A DNA stretch of 64,000 nucleotides from Eledone cirrhosa (GCA_964016885.1 OZ024740.1:392584001-392648000), one strand, 5' to 3'; positions 11,791 to 23,540 are shown, counted from the first letter of the stretch. The notes: generated by a model from the sequence alone, not told the origin. Made by a program: numbers and translations.

Positions 11791-13240
11791 CAAGTGGCCA
11801 GGAGAGAAGCTGGGAGACAAGAGACAAGTGTACCTTGCAAGAAGGGAAGCAGAGGATAGAAAGTTCAAGCATGTTCTCCAACGCGAGGACCAAAAACGTT
11901 CAGGATTGCAAGACAATGTGTCAAGGAAAACCATGATATTGTCGGGGAGAAGTGTGCCTGTAATAATGAGGGTGTACTTGCCCTCACTGATACTGATAGG
12001 AAGGTAGTTTGGAAGTGTCACTACGAGAGACTACTAAATGAGAAGAATAAATGGGAAAAAGATAGTCTGCCCCAAATTGATCCAATAGAGGGACCAGCAG
12101 TGCAAGTTAAAGGTAGTATAATAAGTAAGGCAATCAAAGATATGGAGACAGGCAAGGCGGCTGGGCCTTCGGAGATAGTTGCTGAGATGTTGAAAGCATC
12201 TGGAATGATGGGACATACAGTGGTCACTCGTATAGTAAACCAAGTAATGCAGAATGGGGTCATACCAAAGGACTGGCATAGCAGCATCATCGTTAACTGC
12301 TACAAGGGTAAAGGAGATGCTCTAGATAGGGGAAACTATAGAGGCATTAAGTTAGTTGACCAGGTCATGAAGGTCACAGAAAAAGTAATAGCACAACTAA
12401 TCAGAGAGCGAATTGATCTAGATGAAATGCAGTTTGGGTTTGTGTCAGGTAAAAGTACCACAGATGCTCTTTTCCTTGTACGACAACTACAGAAGTACCT
12501 AGCTAAAAGTAAACCCCTCTACTTAGCTTTTGTTGACTTGGAGAAAGCCTTTGACAGAGTCCCCCGCTCCATTATCTGGTGGATCCTTAGAAAGCTAGGA
12601 GTAGATGAATGGCTTGTGAGAGTTATACAAGATATGTATAAAGAAACAGTCAGCAAAGTTAGAATTAACAATGAATATAGTGAAGAATTAGCATAAAAGT
12701 CGGTGTTCATCAAGGCTCTGTCCTTAGCCCCCTCCTGTTTATTATTGCCCTTCAGGCTATAACAGAGGAGTTTAAGACTGGCTGTCCATGGGAACTTCTA
12801 TATGCAGATGATCTAATACTCATAGCTGAATCTATGTCTGAACTAGAGAAGAAATCCCAAACATGGAAGCATGGCCTTGAATCAAAAGGCCTTAAAGTTA
12901 ACTTGTCTAAGACTGAAGTTCTAGTATGTAGAAAGGAAAATAGGGCACAAGTGCCCTCTGGGAAATGGCCATGCTCAGTATGTAGGAAAAGAGTAGGCAG
13001 ATATTCCCTTTTATGTCCCAAATGCAAAGTATGGGTGCATAAAAGATGTAGTGGGATCACAGGTAAGCTAACTAAGAATATAGATTTTATATGTGGCCGG
13101 TGCTCTGGTGCAATAAGTAGCAGCAAGTGCCCATAGGATCATAGCTCCTTCCATTGCCCAGATGGTTCTATAGAAATAGTGGACACCTTCCGTTACCTGG
13201 GTGACAAAATCAGCAGTGGTGGAGGGTGCTCTGAAAGTAC
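11791..13240 (+). mobile_element. RTE LINE fragment (RT domain plus PHD-like finger, with stops and frameshifts)
   Basis: KAAGPSEI, YKGKGD, NYRGIKL, QFGF, FVDLEKAFDRVPR, YADD, WPCSVC...WVHKRC; closely related to 4358-5981; 5' end abuts (TA)n, 3' end cut by a PLE fragment. Confidence 0.93.
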
Positions 13241-13478
13241 AGCTAGATCCGAACTAAAGCGCCAGTATTCGAGCGGCGGGAATCTAGCTGAACTCTTCCA
13301 GGGGTATAATCCATATATGGGCCAACAGTCTAAGCAAATAAATCTTAAAAGTTGTCTTGTTTTTTTGTTTGTATTCTTTTGTTTTGTTTTTCTCTGGGAG
13401 TGGTCAGTGATCGGGGGGGGGGGGATACCTGTGTTCAAATGGCAGTGTTGAATTATCTATTTTTATTACACTCATTGC
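13241..13478 (-). mobile_element. Penelope-like pseudo-LTR fragment carrying the 5' half of a hammerhead
   Basis: Colinear with 61520-61752 (agctagatccgaact...aatctagcXgaact...ggtcagtgatcggggg...caaatggc). Confidence 0.75.
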
Positions 13479-13479
13479 G

Positions 13480-14470
13480 ATCTTTGACTCTTAGTAAAAG
13501 ACAGCCGAAAAATTTGAAGCAATTACTAACAAAAGCAAAGTTTGACCTTAACAACAAAGACCAATCATTCACTGTATATAAATGCAATGATAGTCGATGC
13601 GGCACATGTCAATCCATACACAACGGTCAATATATGAACACAAAAACTGGGAAAATATTCCCAAATGTAAATATGAACTGCAAAAGCAGAAATCTAATTT
13701 ACTGCATTAAATGCCCGAATTGTGAAGAACTATATGTCGGTCAAACTGGAAATGCACTATCGGAACGTGCACGGGTGCACCGACAGAAAATCAGAGACCC
13801 AAATGTCCGTCAGATACCCCTGAGTAACCATCTATCAACATGTGGTCAGAGAATATTTATATTTCCATTCTATAAATTACACAGCCCAAGAGAAAATCAA
13901 AGAAAAGAATGTTATTGATAAATTCCAACCCAAGCTAAATGAACAATAATAATGGGGTATTACTCCTACTATGACTATGACTACGACCACTAACAACAAC
14001 AACAACAACAATAATAATAATAAAAGTGATGTTGATAGTGATGATTACTAGAAAATGCTATTTTCATCATTTCTAAAAATAGCAAAACAATTGATGCTTT
14101 GGATAGCGTCAAATAGTAGTCGTTAGACATGCTCAACCAACCGTGACGCCTAAACCAATCAGCTTTAGTAATCCAGTGAAACTACACACCGATTGGTCGA
14201 AATACAGTTTGCAGAAATTAGCATTCTGTAGCCGATTTTCACTGTATATAAGGCACAACATTTACCCATCTCATTACAGTTGAAAATTGCAAACTTGACT
14301 GTCACCACAGAATATGAACCTGAAGATTGAGAAAGCATGAAAGTACTTGTTCAATTAACACTTAACATTTAATATTCTACCATACTATTTCATTCTAATA
14401 CCATTATAAATTTTAAAGGATTGTAAATAAAACGAGTAAATCAGACAAAGTTGGAATTCCTTTTATTAAT
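13480..14470 (+). mobile_element. Penelope-like element 3' end (Neptune-like): Cys-rich linker, GIY-YIG endonuclease and pseudo-LTR
   Basis: RQPKNLKQLL, CNDSRCGTC, CKSRNLIYCIKCPNCEELYVGQTG...ERARVH; downstream region has a minimal hammerhead and ends in (TA)n. Confidence 0.85.
14315..14353 (+). ncRNA. Minimal type I hammerhead ribozyme (PLE pLTR)
   Basis: TGAAC-CTGAAGA-t TG agaaag CA t-GAA AGTACT T-GTTCA: 5-bp stem I, palindromic stem III, CUU triplet. Confidence 0.7.
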
Positions 14471-14564
14471 ATATATATATGTATGTGTGCGCGCGTGCGT
14501 GTGTATGTATGTGTGTATGTATATGTATGTGTATATATGTGTGTGTATATATATGTATACATAC

Positions 14565-14920
14565 ATGGAGGCACATGGCTTAGTGGTTAGAGCATTGGCC
14601 TTGCAATCGAAAGGTTGTGAGTTCAATTCTCAGACCGGGTGATGTGTTGTTTCCTTGAGGAAGACACTTTATTTCACATTGTTCCAGTTCACTCAGCTGT
14701 AGAAATGAGATGATGGGGACTGGGGTCCCTATCATTCCACGTGGAGGTGCCACTGTAAAGTGTACGTGAAGGCGCCACGGGAAAAAAGCACCCATCACTC
14801 ACTGTAAATGAAGTTGGTGTTAGGAAGGGTATCCAGCTGTAGAAATCAAGCCACAGTCAGTTCCCGTCCCACCCTTGCAAGCAGGGAAAAGCGGACGTAA
14901 AATGAAATGATGATGATGAT
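14565..14920 (+). mobile_element. tRNA-derived CORE-like SINE with RTE-derived 3' tail
   Basis: A-box tggcttagtgg, B-box gagttcaattc, core tttccttgaggaagacactttatttcacattgttccagttcactcagctg, tail ggacgtaaaatgaaatgatgatgat shared with the RTE 3' ends. Confidence 0.75.
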
Positions 14921-14958
14921 ATATATATTTAACGAAGGGTATAAGTAAATAATGGTTA

Positions 14959-15469
14959 TTTAGGATATTAGTATCAGTGTATATATATATATTATCAAGA
15001 ATGACAATAAATGCAGGTGAGTGTTGTGACAAGGTTTTACTTCACAGAAGTCAAATAAATTAATATAAATAATTTGTTACCACATGTAGATGTTCAGTTG
15101 GTCCAACTCCCAGACTGGAGTGTGTAGAGAAGAACAGAAACCATCTCTTGGAGCTGTTCAACTATTTCTTTAGGCAGCCAGTATTCTTCTTCTTGCGGGC
15201 GAAGGAAGTGAGACAGGAGTCATCTCTTGACAAGGACTCAGGTGGTCTTGTTGTCCCTTCGAAGTTCAGGATGCGAGAGAGGCTTATGCCTTGCCAGTCC
15301 TCAAATATATAGTCCCCAGGGGGACGCAACTCCATTTAGCACATGAATCTGCCAATGGGGGTCGCGCCTGTCGCAAAGAGACGTAACTCCTATACGTGCT
15401 GAGTTACAACCGTCGTAAAGGGACGCAACTCACATACGTGCTGAGTCACAGCCGTAAGGGGCCGCTACA
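14959..15469 (-). mobile_element. Solo LTR of the Gypsy family at 40081-44084
   Basis: Colinear with 40081-40596 and 43548-44084; 4-bp TSD GTTA at 14955-14958 and 15470-15473. Confidence 0.92.
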
Positions 15470-16286
15470 GTTATTTGTTAAAATGATTATAACAGTTGTT
15501 AGATGAAATAACAAGTATTATAAAACAGTTACCAAGAGTTGCGAAGGTTGACAATGTGATTTTGTTGTTGATGTGAAAACAGCGAACGACCAGATAAAAT
15601 TTGTTGGTGGTTAAAGTTTGTTGCAGTCCCTCGTAGTAGTTCTCGTCCTGAGTCTATGACCATAGTTAGAGAAAGAGAGAGAGTAATGGTTTGTATACCT
15701 CTGAATGGTCTGTAGTAGTTCTCGTCGTTAGTCTATTCTCTCTGTATTTCTGTAGATCACTGGGGTCTGTTGATAGCAGTGAATCTTTACATAGCTTGTT
15801 GTATTTCGTGGTGCTCCGATGTCTCTATGTTCAAGGTGGGAAAATATCGGCTTTATATACCTGTCGCTTTCTGCCTCCAACCTTTAGGGGATAGCCCACG
15901 CATGAACCTGTTTACACCAAAAGGGTGATGACCTAGAATTTGGTGTCACCCAAGGTTCAAGGCGCGGGCAGATTTCACTACATTAGTTCCCTACCCAGAT
16001 CGATGCAGGAGCAGCGATCGATAATAAAAGGGGTAACGAAACCTGATTCCTAGAAGCATGTCCCAAAACACACAAATGTGGGTACTGCGCCTGCATTTCG
16101 AGTGTAGAGAAATTTGGAGAGAGAAAAAAAAAATATCGTATAACTGTGTATGCATGTGTGTGTGTAACATTTAGAAGGAACTGTAAACATACAAAGTTGT
16201 GATCATGTATTTCGAACTGTTGTGCATGGATGGACGTTGGGGTTACGGTATCGGATTACGATATGACAACACAGAGGACTATTTCT

Positions 16287-16618
16287 CTCGATGTATCATC
16301 ATACGTAAGATTCTCTTCCAGTGAGTCGAGGTTTATGCTATGACATGAGTGTGTGCAATTTTGAGTTGCGTGCTCAGTGAGTCGAGCGAGTAGTAACCGT
16401 GGGTTCATTATCATGTGTTAAATAGCTGTTGCCGAACTTCAACCAGTTGAATCTCGATGTATTATCACACGTAAGATTCTCTTCCAGTGAGTCGAGGTTT
16501 ATGCTATGATATGAGTGTGTGCAATTTTGAGTTGCGTGCTCAGTGAGTCGAGCGAGTAGTAACCGTGGGTTCATTATCATGTGTTTAATAGCTGTTGCCG
16601 TACCATGACCAGTTGAAA
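16287..16618. repeat. Tandem duplication (2 x ~166 bp) inside the non-autonomous LTR element
   Basis: ctcgatgtatXatcaXacgtaagattctcttccagtgag...accagttgaa repeated at 16287 and 16453. Confidence 0.9.
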
Positions 16619-17667
16619 AGTGATCCCGCAGAGACCCAACCGAATCCAGAATATACCATAGACAAAAAAAAAACATGTTGGTGTGGCAAAGAAAATGATG
16701 TGTGTTTGATGCAAAACGTGTTATTCATACAGGCATATAATACAGTAAAACGAATAAAAAAATAAAAAAATAACATTCATATATTACATGTAAAAAAAAA
16801 AATTTATATAATTGTTCTTTACAAAAAGTTCAGTTCTCTCTTCTTTATGTGAATGTTTCCTTGCTAGGAAGCTAGTAGTATTGTTTGTTGTTGTTGTTGC
16901 TGGAGATTACGAAGCAAGCGGTGAAGTGTTTGGTAAGAGAAAGTTGTTGATATTGGCAAAAGAAGCCATGATCATATCAAAAGGCTGCGTCCGGTTTCCT
17001 TTTTTTTTTTTTGTATATACCACTTCGTTTTTGTTTTTAATTTTTTTTTAAACGTCAGGAAACCAATTTAACGAAGGGTATAAGTAAGTAATGGTTATTT
17101 GTTAAAATGATTATAACAGTTGTTAGATGAAATAACAAGTATAATAAAACAGTTACCAAGAGTTGCGAAGGTTAACAATGTTATTTTGTTGTTGATGTGA
17201 AAACAGCGAACGACCAGATAAAATTTGTTGGTGGTTAAAGTTTGTTGCAGTCCCTCGTAGTAGTTCTCGTCCTGAGTCTATGACCATAGTTAGAGAAAGA
17301 GAGAGAGTAATGGTTTGTATACCTCTGAATGGTCTGTAGTAGTTCTCGTCGTTAGTCTATTCTCTCTGTATTTCTGTAGATCACTGGGGTCTGTTGATAG
17401 CGGTGAATCTTTACATAGCTTGTTGTATGTCGTGGTGCTCCGATGTCTCTATGTTCAAGGTGGGAAAATATCGGCCTTATATACCTGTCGCTTTCTGCCT
17501 CCCACCTTTAGGGGATAGCCCACGCATGAACCTGTTCACACCAAAAGGGTGATGACCTAGAATTTGACCTTTAGGTGTCACCCAAGGTTCAAGGCGCGGA
17601 CAGATTTCACTACACACATATATATATATATGTGGTTGTCTATACATATATGTGTGTGCATTTATAT

Positions 17668-17966
<299 letters not shown>

Positions 17967-18605
17967 TTATATATATATATATATATATGTATACCCACAA
18001 GTATACTGTATTCTTTTTGAAATATGTATGGTGGAGGGTATTCTAAGGCTGTGTCCTACAAATGTTACGCTAAATATCCCTATGATTTTATTTATTTTTT
18101 TTTAAAATTCCAGCAAAACATTATTTATGATGAATGCCGCATACAGTATAATTGCGGCCGTGTACCTGACCGATGTAGACTAAGGCCTCTAGGGGCAATG
18201 AAGACGTCGAAGTGATGCCAGCCGTTCAAGATTACAGCCCCTCTCCCACCACAGTAGTAATTCTGATACATGAAGAAATTTTGATTGACAGGTGGAGAAC
18301 GAGAAGAAACAAGAAGTGGGCAACCGTGATTGGCTAGAAATACCGGTGACGTGTACAATTCTTGACCACTCATAGAATGACAACAACAGGATTTAAATCA
18401 ACAAACGAAGGATTTCGGTGTTAAAGGACAATAGGAAAATCTGCTTCGTAGAATCGAGAGGACCGCACGATTTCAGAGTCAGGTTTGATCACCATATCGA
18501 TCGTGCCTTGAGCTGGTCGCCCGAGAAACAATTGTAATATGGCCAATAAATTCCTTTCGTCGCAACACTGATTTTATTTTTTCTGTGATATATATATATA
18601 TATAT

Positions 18606-19580
18606 AAAATAAACTAAAATAAATAAGTCAAATATTTAAAATTTGGCTTCGTTTATTACTGTTATATATATTTCGGTGACAGCCATCTTTGGCTGTGACC
18701 TCTTCAGGCAGTCCGCATTAGTGTGGTAGAGACGAGTACACATGCTGTTGAGGTGTTTAACTTTGTCAATACTCTGATATGCCCAGTTCCTGGTTGGGTT
18801 GTTATTTCTATGAGGAACTGGAATCATATGAATTTAAACAAACGAATTTCAGCGTCAAAGGACATCCTCTCCTTCCATTGGTCAGTTGTGAGAACACCCC
18901 TCAGTCAAAAGTCTATAGAAATTCGTTCTGAGGCGAGGCAATCTGTAGTGGTTGTTTTTGTTATTGTTAAGTTAAGTACATCTGACCTCTACCCTTATGT
19001 TGGAAGTGGTGTTGGTGCTGGGGTCAGACTTAAGTCCTGTTGCTGTTGATTTTAGAAGGATCTCTGTGTGTGTGTTGGCATCTACCCTGCCACCATTTCT
19101 CGTAGTGGTGGTCGTGGTGGTGGGGGTGTGGGGTGTGCCAAGCATATGAAGAAATAAAAGGCAATAAGATGAAGAAAATAAAAAATAAAAAATAAATAAT
19201 AAATAATAAAAAAATAATAGAATGAAATGAAAAGGTAAAAGACTAAAAAATACGAATAAAATAAAATAAAGAAAAGTAGAGTAAAATAAAATGAAATAAA
19301 ATAAGATAGAGTAAAATAAAATAATATAAGATAATATAAGCAAATAAGTAAACAAAAAAAAAAGATAAAATGGTAGAAGGAATAAGATGATAAAAGAATA
19401 AAATAAGATAATCAAATAAAATGTGTGTGATATAACCAATCTCAAAGTTAGAAAGATTTGGAAGATCCTCTCCTCCCATTGGTCAGTTGTGAGAGCATTC
19501 CTCAGTCAAAAGTCTATAGAAATTCTTTCTGAGGTGAGGCGACCTGTAGTGTTTGTTTTTGCTTTGTTAAGTACACCTTA
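18606..19580 (-). mobile_element. Probable PLE pseudo-LTR remnant with partial tandem duplication (18865-18983 ~ 19467-19578)
   Basis: Hammerhead near its 3' end, (TA)n flank, ~115-bp direct repeat cctctccXXccattggtcagttgtgaga...gttaagtaca. Confidence 0.5.
18658..18712 (-). ncRNA. Type I hammerhead ribozyme with long stem II and palindromic stem III
   Basis: Minus strand ACTGc-CTGAAGA-GGT c ACAGCCA aaga TGGCTGT c ACC-GAAA TATATA TA-aCAGT. Confidence 0.75.
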
Positions 19581-19648
19581 CCTCTATTATTTTACATTAC
19601 TCCGGAGTAACCAAACCAACCTGCGCACTTCGTATAGGAAAATGTATG

Positions 19649-19744
19649 ACCCCGACGGCAGAGCTCAAGCCGTTTCGACGGCTATTTCTGGACTAAATTA
19701 GAATTTTTAGCGTGGTAAATAAATAGCCGAACTTTTCAAGGGGT
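19649..19744 (-). ncRNA. Type I hammerhead ribozyme, U3-A8 core variant (3' pLTR)
   Basis: ACCCC-TTGAAAA-G tt CGGCTATTT...AAATAGCCG t C-GAAA-CGGC ttgagctct GCCG-TC|GGGGT. Confidence 0.8.
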
Positions 19745-22700
19745 AATTCCTTATATGGGAAGATTGTAGTTGTTAAGAGGATTGGTCAAAATTTCTTGTA
19801 AACACAATTAAGTCTATCCTGGCAGTGAGTGGGAGGTGGGGGTGGCTGAACTTGCCTGTAGAACAATGAGGGAGTGGGAGGAGCAGGTCAAGCGTTGAAA
19901 CTGAATTCTATACAGCAAATTCTAAGGATTGTGTATGAAACTAGGCTAGAGGAAGTAGGCGATAAAGGATTATGGAGAAAATAGAGAAGGGACGTTATAG
20001 AATAGGTAAATCCATTGGGATTAGAAGATAATAAATAAATGAGAAAAAAAAAAAAAAATTGGATAGTAAGAAGTGATAAAAAAACTATAGAGTCTAAAAC
20101 AGCTGCTATATTTAGTCGGTGTTGCGTTTTCGGCCAATTCTATAGAATAGGTTAATAAGTTGAGAATAGAAGATGCTAAATAAATAAATAAAAATTTGAA
20201 ATTATAGAATTGGGTAATAAAAAGTAATACAAAATCTCTGGGGTCTAAAACAGCTGCTATAATTAGTTGGTATTGCGTTATCGGCCAATGCTATCTTTAA
20301 TTTACTGGGGTGGGGGTACTGATGCTACAAAGGCCCGATGGGCTGCCTCGGGGTAGGTAAAAGGGGAAAAGGGAAAAGGAAGAGGATAGGGAGTGGAAGG
20401 AAGTGATAGGAGGAGACAAAGGGAAGAAGAAAATAAAAAGGAAAAGAAAAGGGGGTACATCTACCAATGTTAGCTGGGGTTTTCCCTATCTTGTTCGGCA
20501 AGTGGGGAATAGGAGGATGTTTCAGCCATTGTCTACCCACCCGGTCATTAGGGGGTTTGAGGGCGAGGTAAGTCCTACGCAATCGGTGTTTGTATGCAGT
20601 TACCAGTTCGTCTTCTTTGTTTAGGAGTTGGTCCTTCGTAAACAACATTTGTAAGTGCATAAGTTACATGGAGGGTGTCCCCCCGTGTAGGAGTTAGCCC
20701 TGGACAGTAAGCTCCAAGTAAGATTGTATGTTATTATCTTGGAGGTCCCAGATGTGGCCTGAAAGTGTAGTGGCATGTCACCGGGCCGGGTTTCGGAACG
20801 TATGTCGGTGTTGGTAGAGCCGGGTCTTAAAGTCACAAGCGGTTAATCCTATATAAGATTTTTTGTCCGTCCTCCCGTTGCACTGGTAGATCACATTACG
20901 TTCTCGGCATCTGTTGTTGAGGGGGCACGTAGATATATCAGGGCAGTAACACCTCCTGGTCGGCTCTCCACTAATGTCTATGTTGTTTCTTCCATAGGGG
21001 TTGAGTTTTTTGTTGTTTGACTAGGCGATGTTTTGTGCGAAGTTGGGTGTGGTGCTGTAGGAGAGTTTGATAGTGTTTTTGTTGATTATGTTGTGGTATC
21101 GGTGTTGTGGTGGGAAGTGTTTTTTGAGGAGCCTAAAGAAGATTTTCCCGATAGGTGTTGCCACCTCGGCATTGTGGGGAGGGTTGAACCACGTTACGTG
21201 GCGTGAGCGGCGGCGTCGCCTGCTGGTTCCGCTAAGGGAAGCTGGATAAAAGAATATGTCCTCCCGGAAGCCGCTTCGCTTGAGGGCCTGGTTGTAATGA
21301 GGCGCATGTTCATCGAATATCTTCTCATTAGCGGACAAACGAGATATGCGGAGGGAAATGTTTTTAACCAGGTTATTGGTGATGTTTCTAGGATGGTTAG
21401 AGCGGCGGTGGATGTAGTGCAGGTTGTCGTTTGGTTTCCGTTTTTAGGGTGATTTTAAATCCCCAGTCCCGGAAGAAGCTGATTAATTGTTTACGGACCC
21501 GGTCTGTACTACTGGGGTTGTACCCTTTGAGGGTAAGGAGCCCATCGTCTCGGTACAATCCACCGCCGAATGCAGGAAACATTTCGGTGAGTTTATATAG
21601 TAGGAATAATCCTATAAGATCGGTCACCTCGGCCGAAACGGTCGCGCCCATACTGACGTCGAAGTGGGAGTCGGGAGCTCTCTTTATCCACTTGGAGTTG
21701 TCGAAAAGTAGGACTGTTCTCATGGCGTGGAGAATGATATTTCTTTCCTGGTCGGTGATGGGTGTGAGTGTTTTGACAAAGTTCAAAGCGGCCATAAGGA
21801 GCGGTAAGGTAATAGATGCATAGTAACTCTCTATGTCAAACTGGATGAATTTGGTGTCCTGTTTGTCCTAAATATTCCTGAACCATGAGATTACATCCTG
21901 GGTGCTGACCCATAGGCTAAGTCTCGTGTTTTGCTTAACTTTTGGTATTACGCGGTCTAGGATCTTTTTACTGATTCTTCCTATGTCCGACTTCGTCGGG
22001 TTTATAAGCCTGATGGATGGTTTGCGGTCGAAGTCGGATTTGTGGTCCTTCAGTGTGAAGTAGGAAGTCCGTGGACCGAGGGGGTTCCGAGGCTGGAGGT
22101 AATTTGTTGTCCATCTAGATTTATGTCCTCGATAATTGAATGGTTAGCCTTTTTGTAGGTGGAGTTCAGGCTGCTCCTGATCAGTGTGTGGTATCTGTCA
22201 GGGTTGACGAAATAGAGGTTTCCAGTTTTGTCCGAATGCACCAGGATGTCGTTGGTGCTTTCATACTCCGTTATTTTGCTACGGAGTTGTTGTAGGAATC
22301 TGTTGTGTCTGGGTTTGAATTTATACCCTTGACCAGGTGGAAAAGGTGTTCTCGAAGGGCGAGAACATAGGGTTCGGTGGGCGAGATCTGTAGGTATTTA
22401 ATCCGAATCTCTCCTTGGTGTCGAAGTCCTGGTTGTCGCGGTATCTATCGTAGAGAAATGTTCTCCATCTTAGTCTTTTCGCAAACAGGTCGATTTTTTG
22501 CGTGAGCATCCGAAGGTAAAGTTTTCTCGGTGGAACCGGGATGTTCTTGGTAGAGAAGTCGATATTGTGTTTTCGCATAGTGGGTATGATGAAGAAACTG
22601 CAGCTGGGTGGAAAAGTCGGGATATGGCGTTGTAGGGTCAGAAAGTGCTCTACTACGGAGGTAGGAGCTAGATAACGAAGGAGTTGTAGTAAGGAACCAG

Positions 22701-22766
22701 ATGGACCATAACGCACCAGAGTACTCAATACTTAGGGTAGTAGAGTGGGTAATAGGAAAATGTATG

Positions 22767-22861
22767 ACCCCGACGGCAGAGCGCAAGCCGTTTCGACGGC
22801 TATTTCTGGAAAAATTAGAATTTTTAGCGTGGTAAATAAATAGCCGAACCTTTCAAGGGGT
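22767..22861 (-). ncRNA. Second copy of the U3-A8 hammerhead (5' pLTR) with an A9G core substitution
   Basis: Same fold as 19649-19744 but the core reads TTGAAAG. Confidence 0.7.
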
Positions 22862-23261
22862 AATTCCTTATATGGGAAGATTGTAGTTGTCAAGAGAATT
22901 GGTCAAAATTTCTTGTAAACACAATTAAGTCTATCATGGCAGTGGGTGAGAGGTGGGGGTGGCTGAACTTGCCTGTAGAACAAATTCTAAGGATATATAT
23001 ATATATATATTTTTATATATGTTTATGTGTATTTGGTGTATACGTTCGTATGTGTGCGGATACAGGTGTTGCGTGGGTTTTTGTATGTGTGCGCGTGTTT
23101 TTGTGTACGTTCCTGTATTTGCATACCCATGGCGGGTGTTTTTACGTATGCATGTGTATGTACGTATATGAATGCGTGCATGTATATTTTTAATTATTGT
23201 TTATTTCAATAACCTCTGTAATTTATTTACATTATTCTTAACTCTGAAGCGAAGAATCTTT

Positions 23262-23540
23262 CCACGACTTCAGTTATACCATAAACGTGGTTTTGTCTTT
23301 GCGTGTAATTGTTCCCCACGCTTCACATAATGACGTGTTATCTTCGTTTTTTTTTCGTTCATTGCCAGGGAACGTCTCCACGAACCACCTAATAGAATAT
23401 TAGCCTACGACTTCATTTATACCATCAACGTGATTTTGGCTTTGCGTGTAATTGTTCTCCACGCTCCAAATAATAACGTATTATCTTCGTTTTCTTCTCT
23501 TCTTTGCCAGGGAACGTATCCACGAACCAAAGTATCGTCT
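23262..23540. repeat. Degenerate tandem duplication (~145-bp period)
   Basis: acgacttca...tttgcgtgtaattgttcXccacgct...ttatcttcgttttt...gccagggaacgtXtccacgaacc occurs twice. Confidence 0.75.

Larger units (their letters stand above)
14928..17614 (-). mobile_element. Non-autonomous LTR retrotransposon (LTRs 17067-17614 and 14928-15982, the latter interrupted by a solo LTR; ~1.08 kb non-coding interior)
   Basis: Two highly similar ~540-bp direct repeats beginning TGTAG on the minus strand; PBS-like TGGTTTCCTGACG at 17065-17053; polypurine tract GGGTAGGGAACTAA at 15996-15983; no recognisable ORF inside. Confidence 0.85.
19635..22994 (-). mobile_element. Near full-length Penelope-like retroelement (RT plus C-terminal GIY-YIG, frameshifted) between two direct pseudo-LTRs
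   Basis: From ATG 22578: FSTKNIP, RLRWR, SDKTGNLY, KDHK, QFDIESYY, GLYRDDGL, WFNPP, CYC...CPLNNRC, VIYQC...SYIGLT, CNLC; direct repeats 19635-19929 and 22753-22994. Confidence 0.92.

Noticed and set aside
14565-14640. tRNA gene (also the heads at 7877 and 39521)
   Set aside because: A and B boxes are present but no cloverleaf, and each continues into a SINE body.
18100-18560. Possible second RLE retrotransposon fragment
   Set aside because: Only a vague resemblance (KICFVESRGPHDFRV) without the RPD motif; not supportable by eye.
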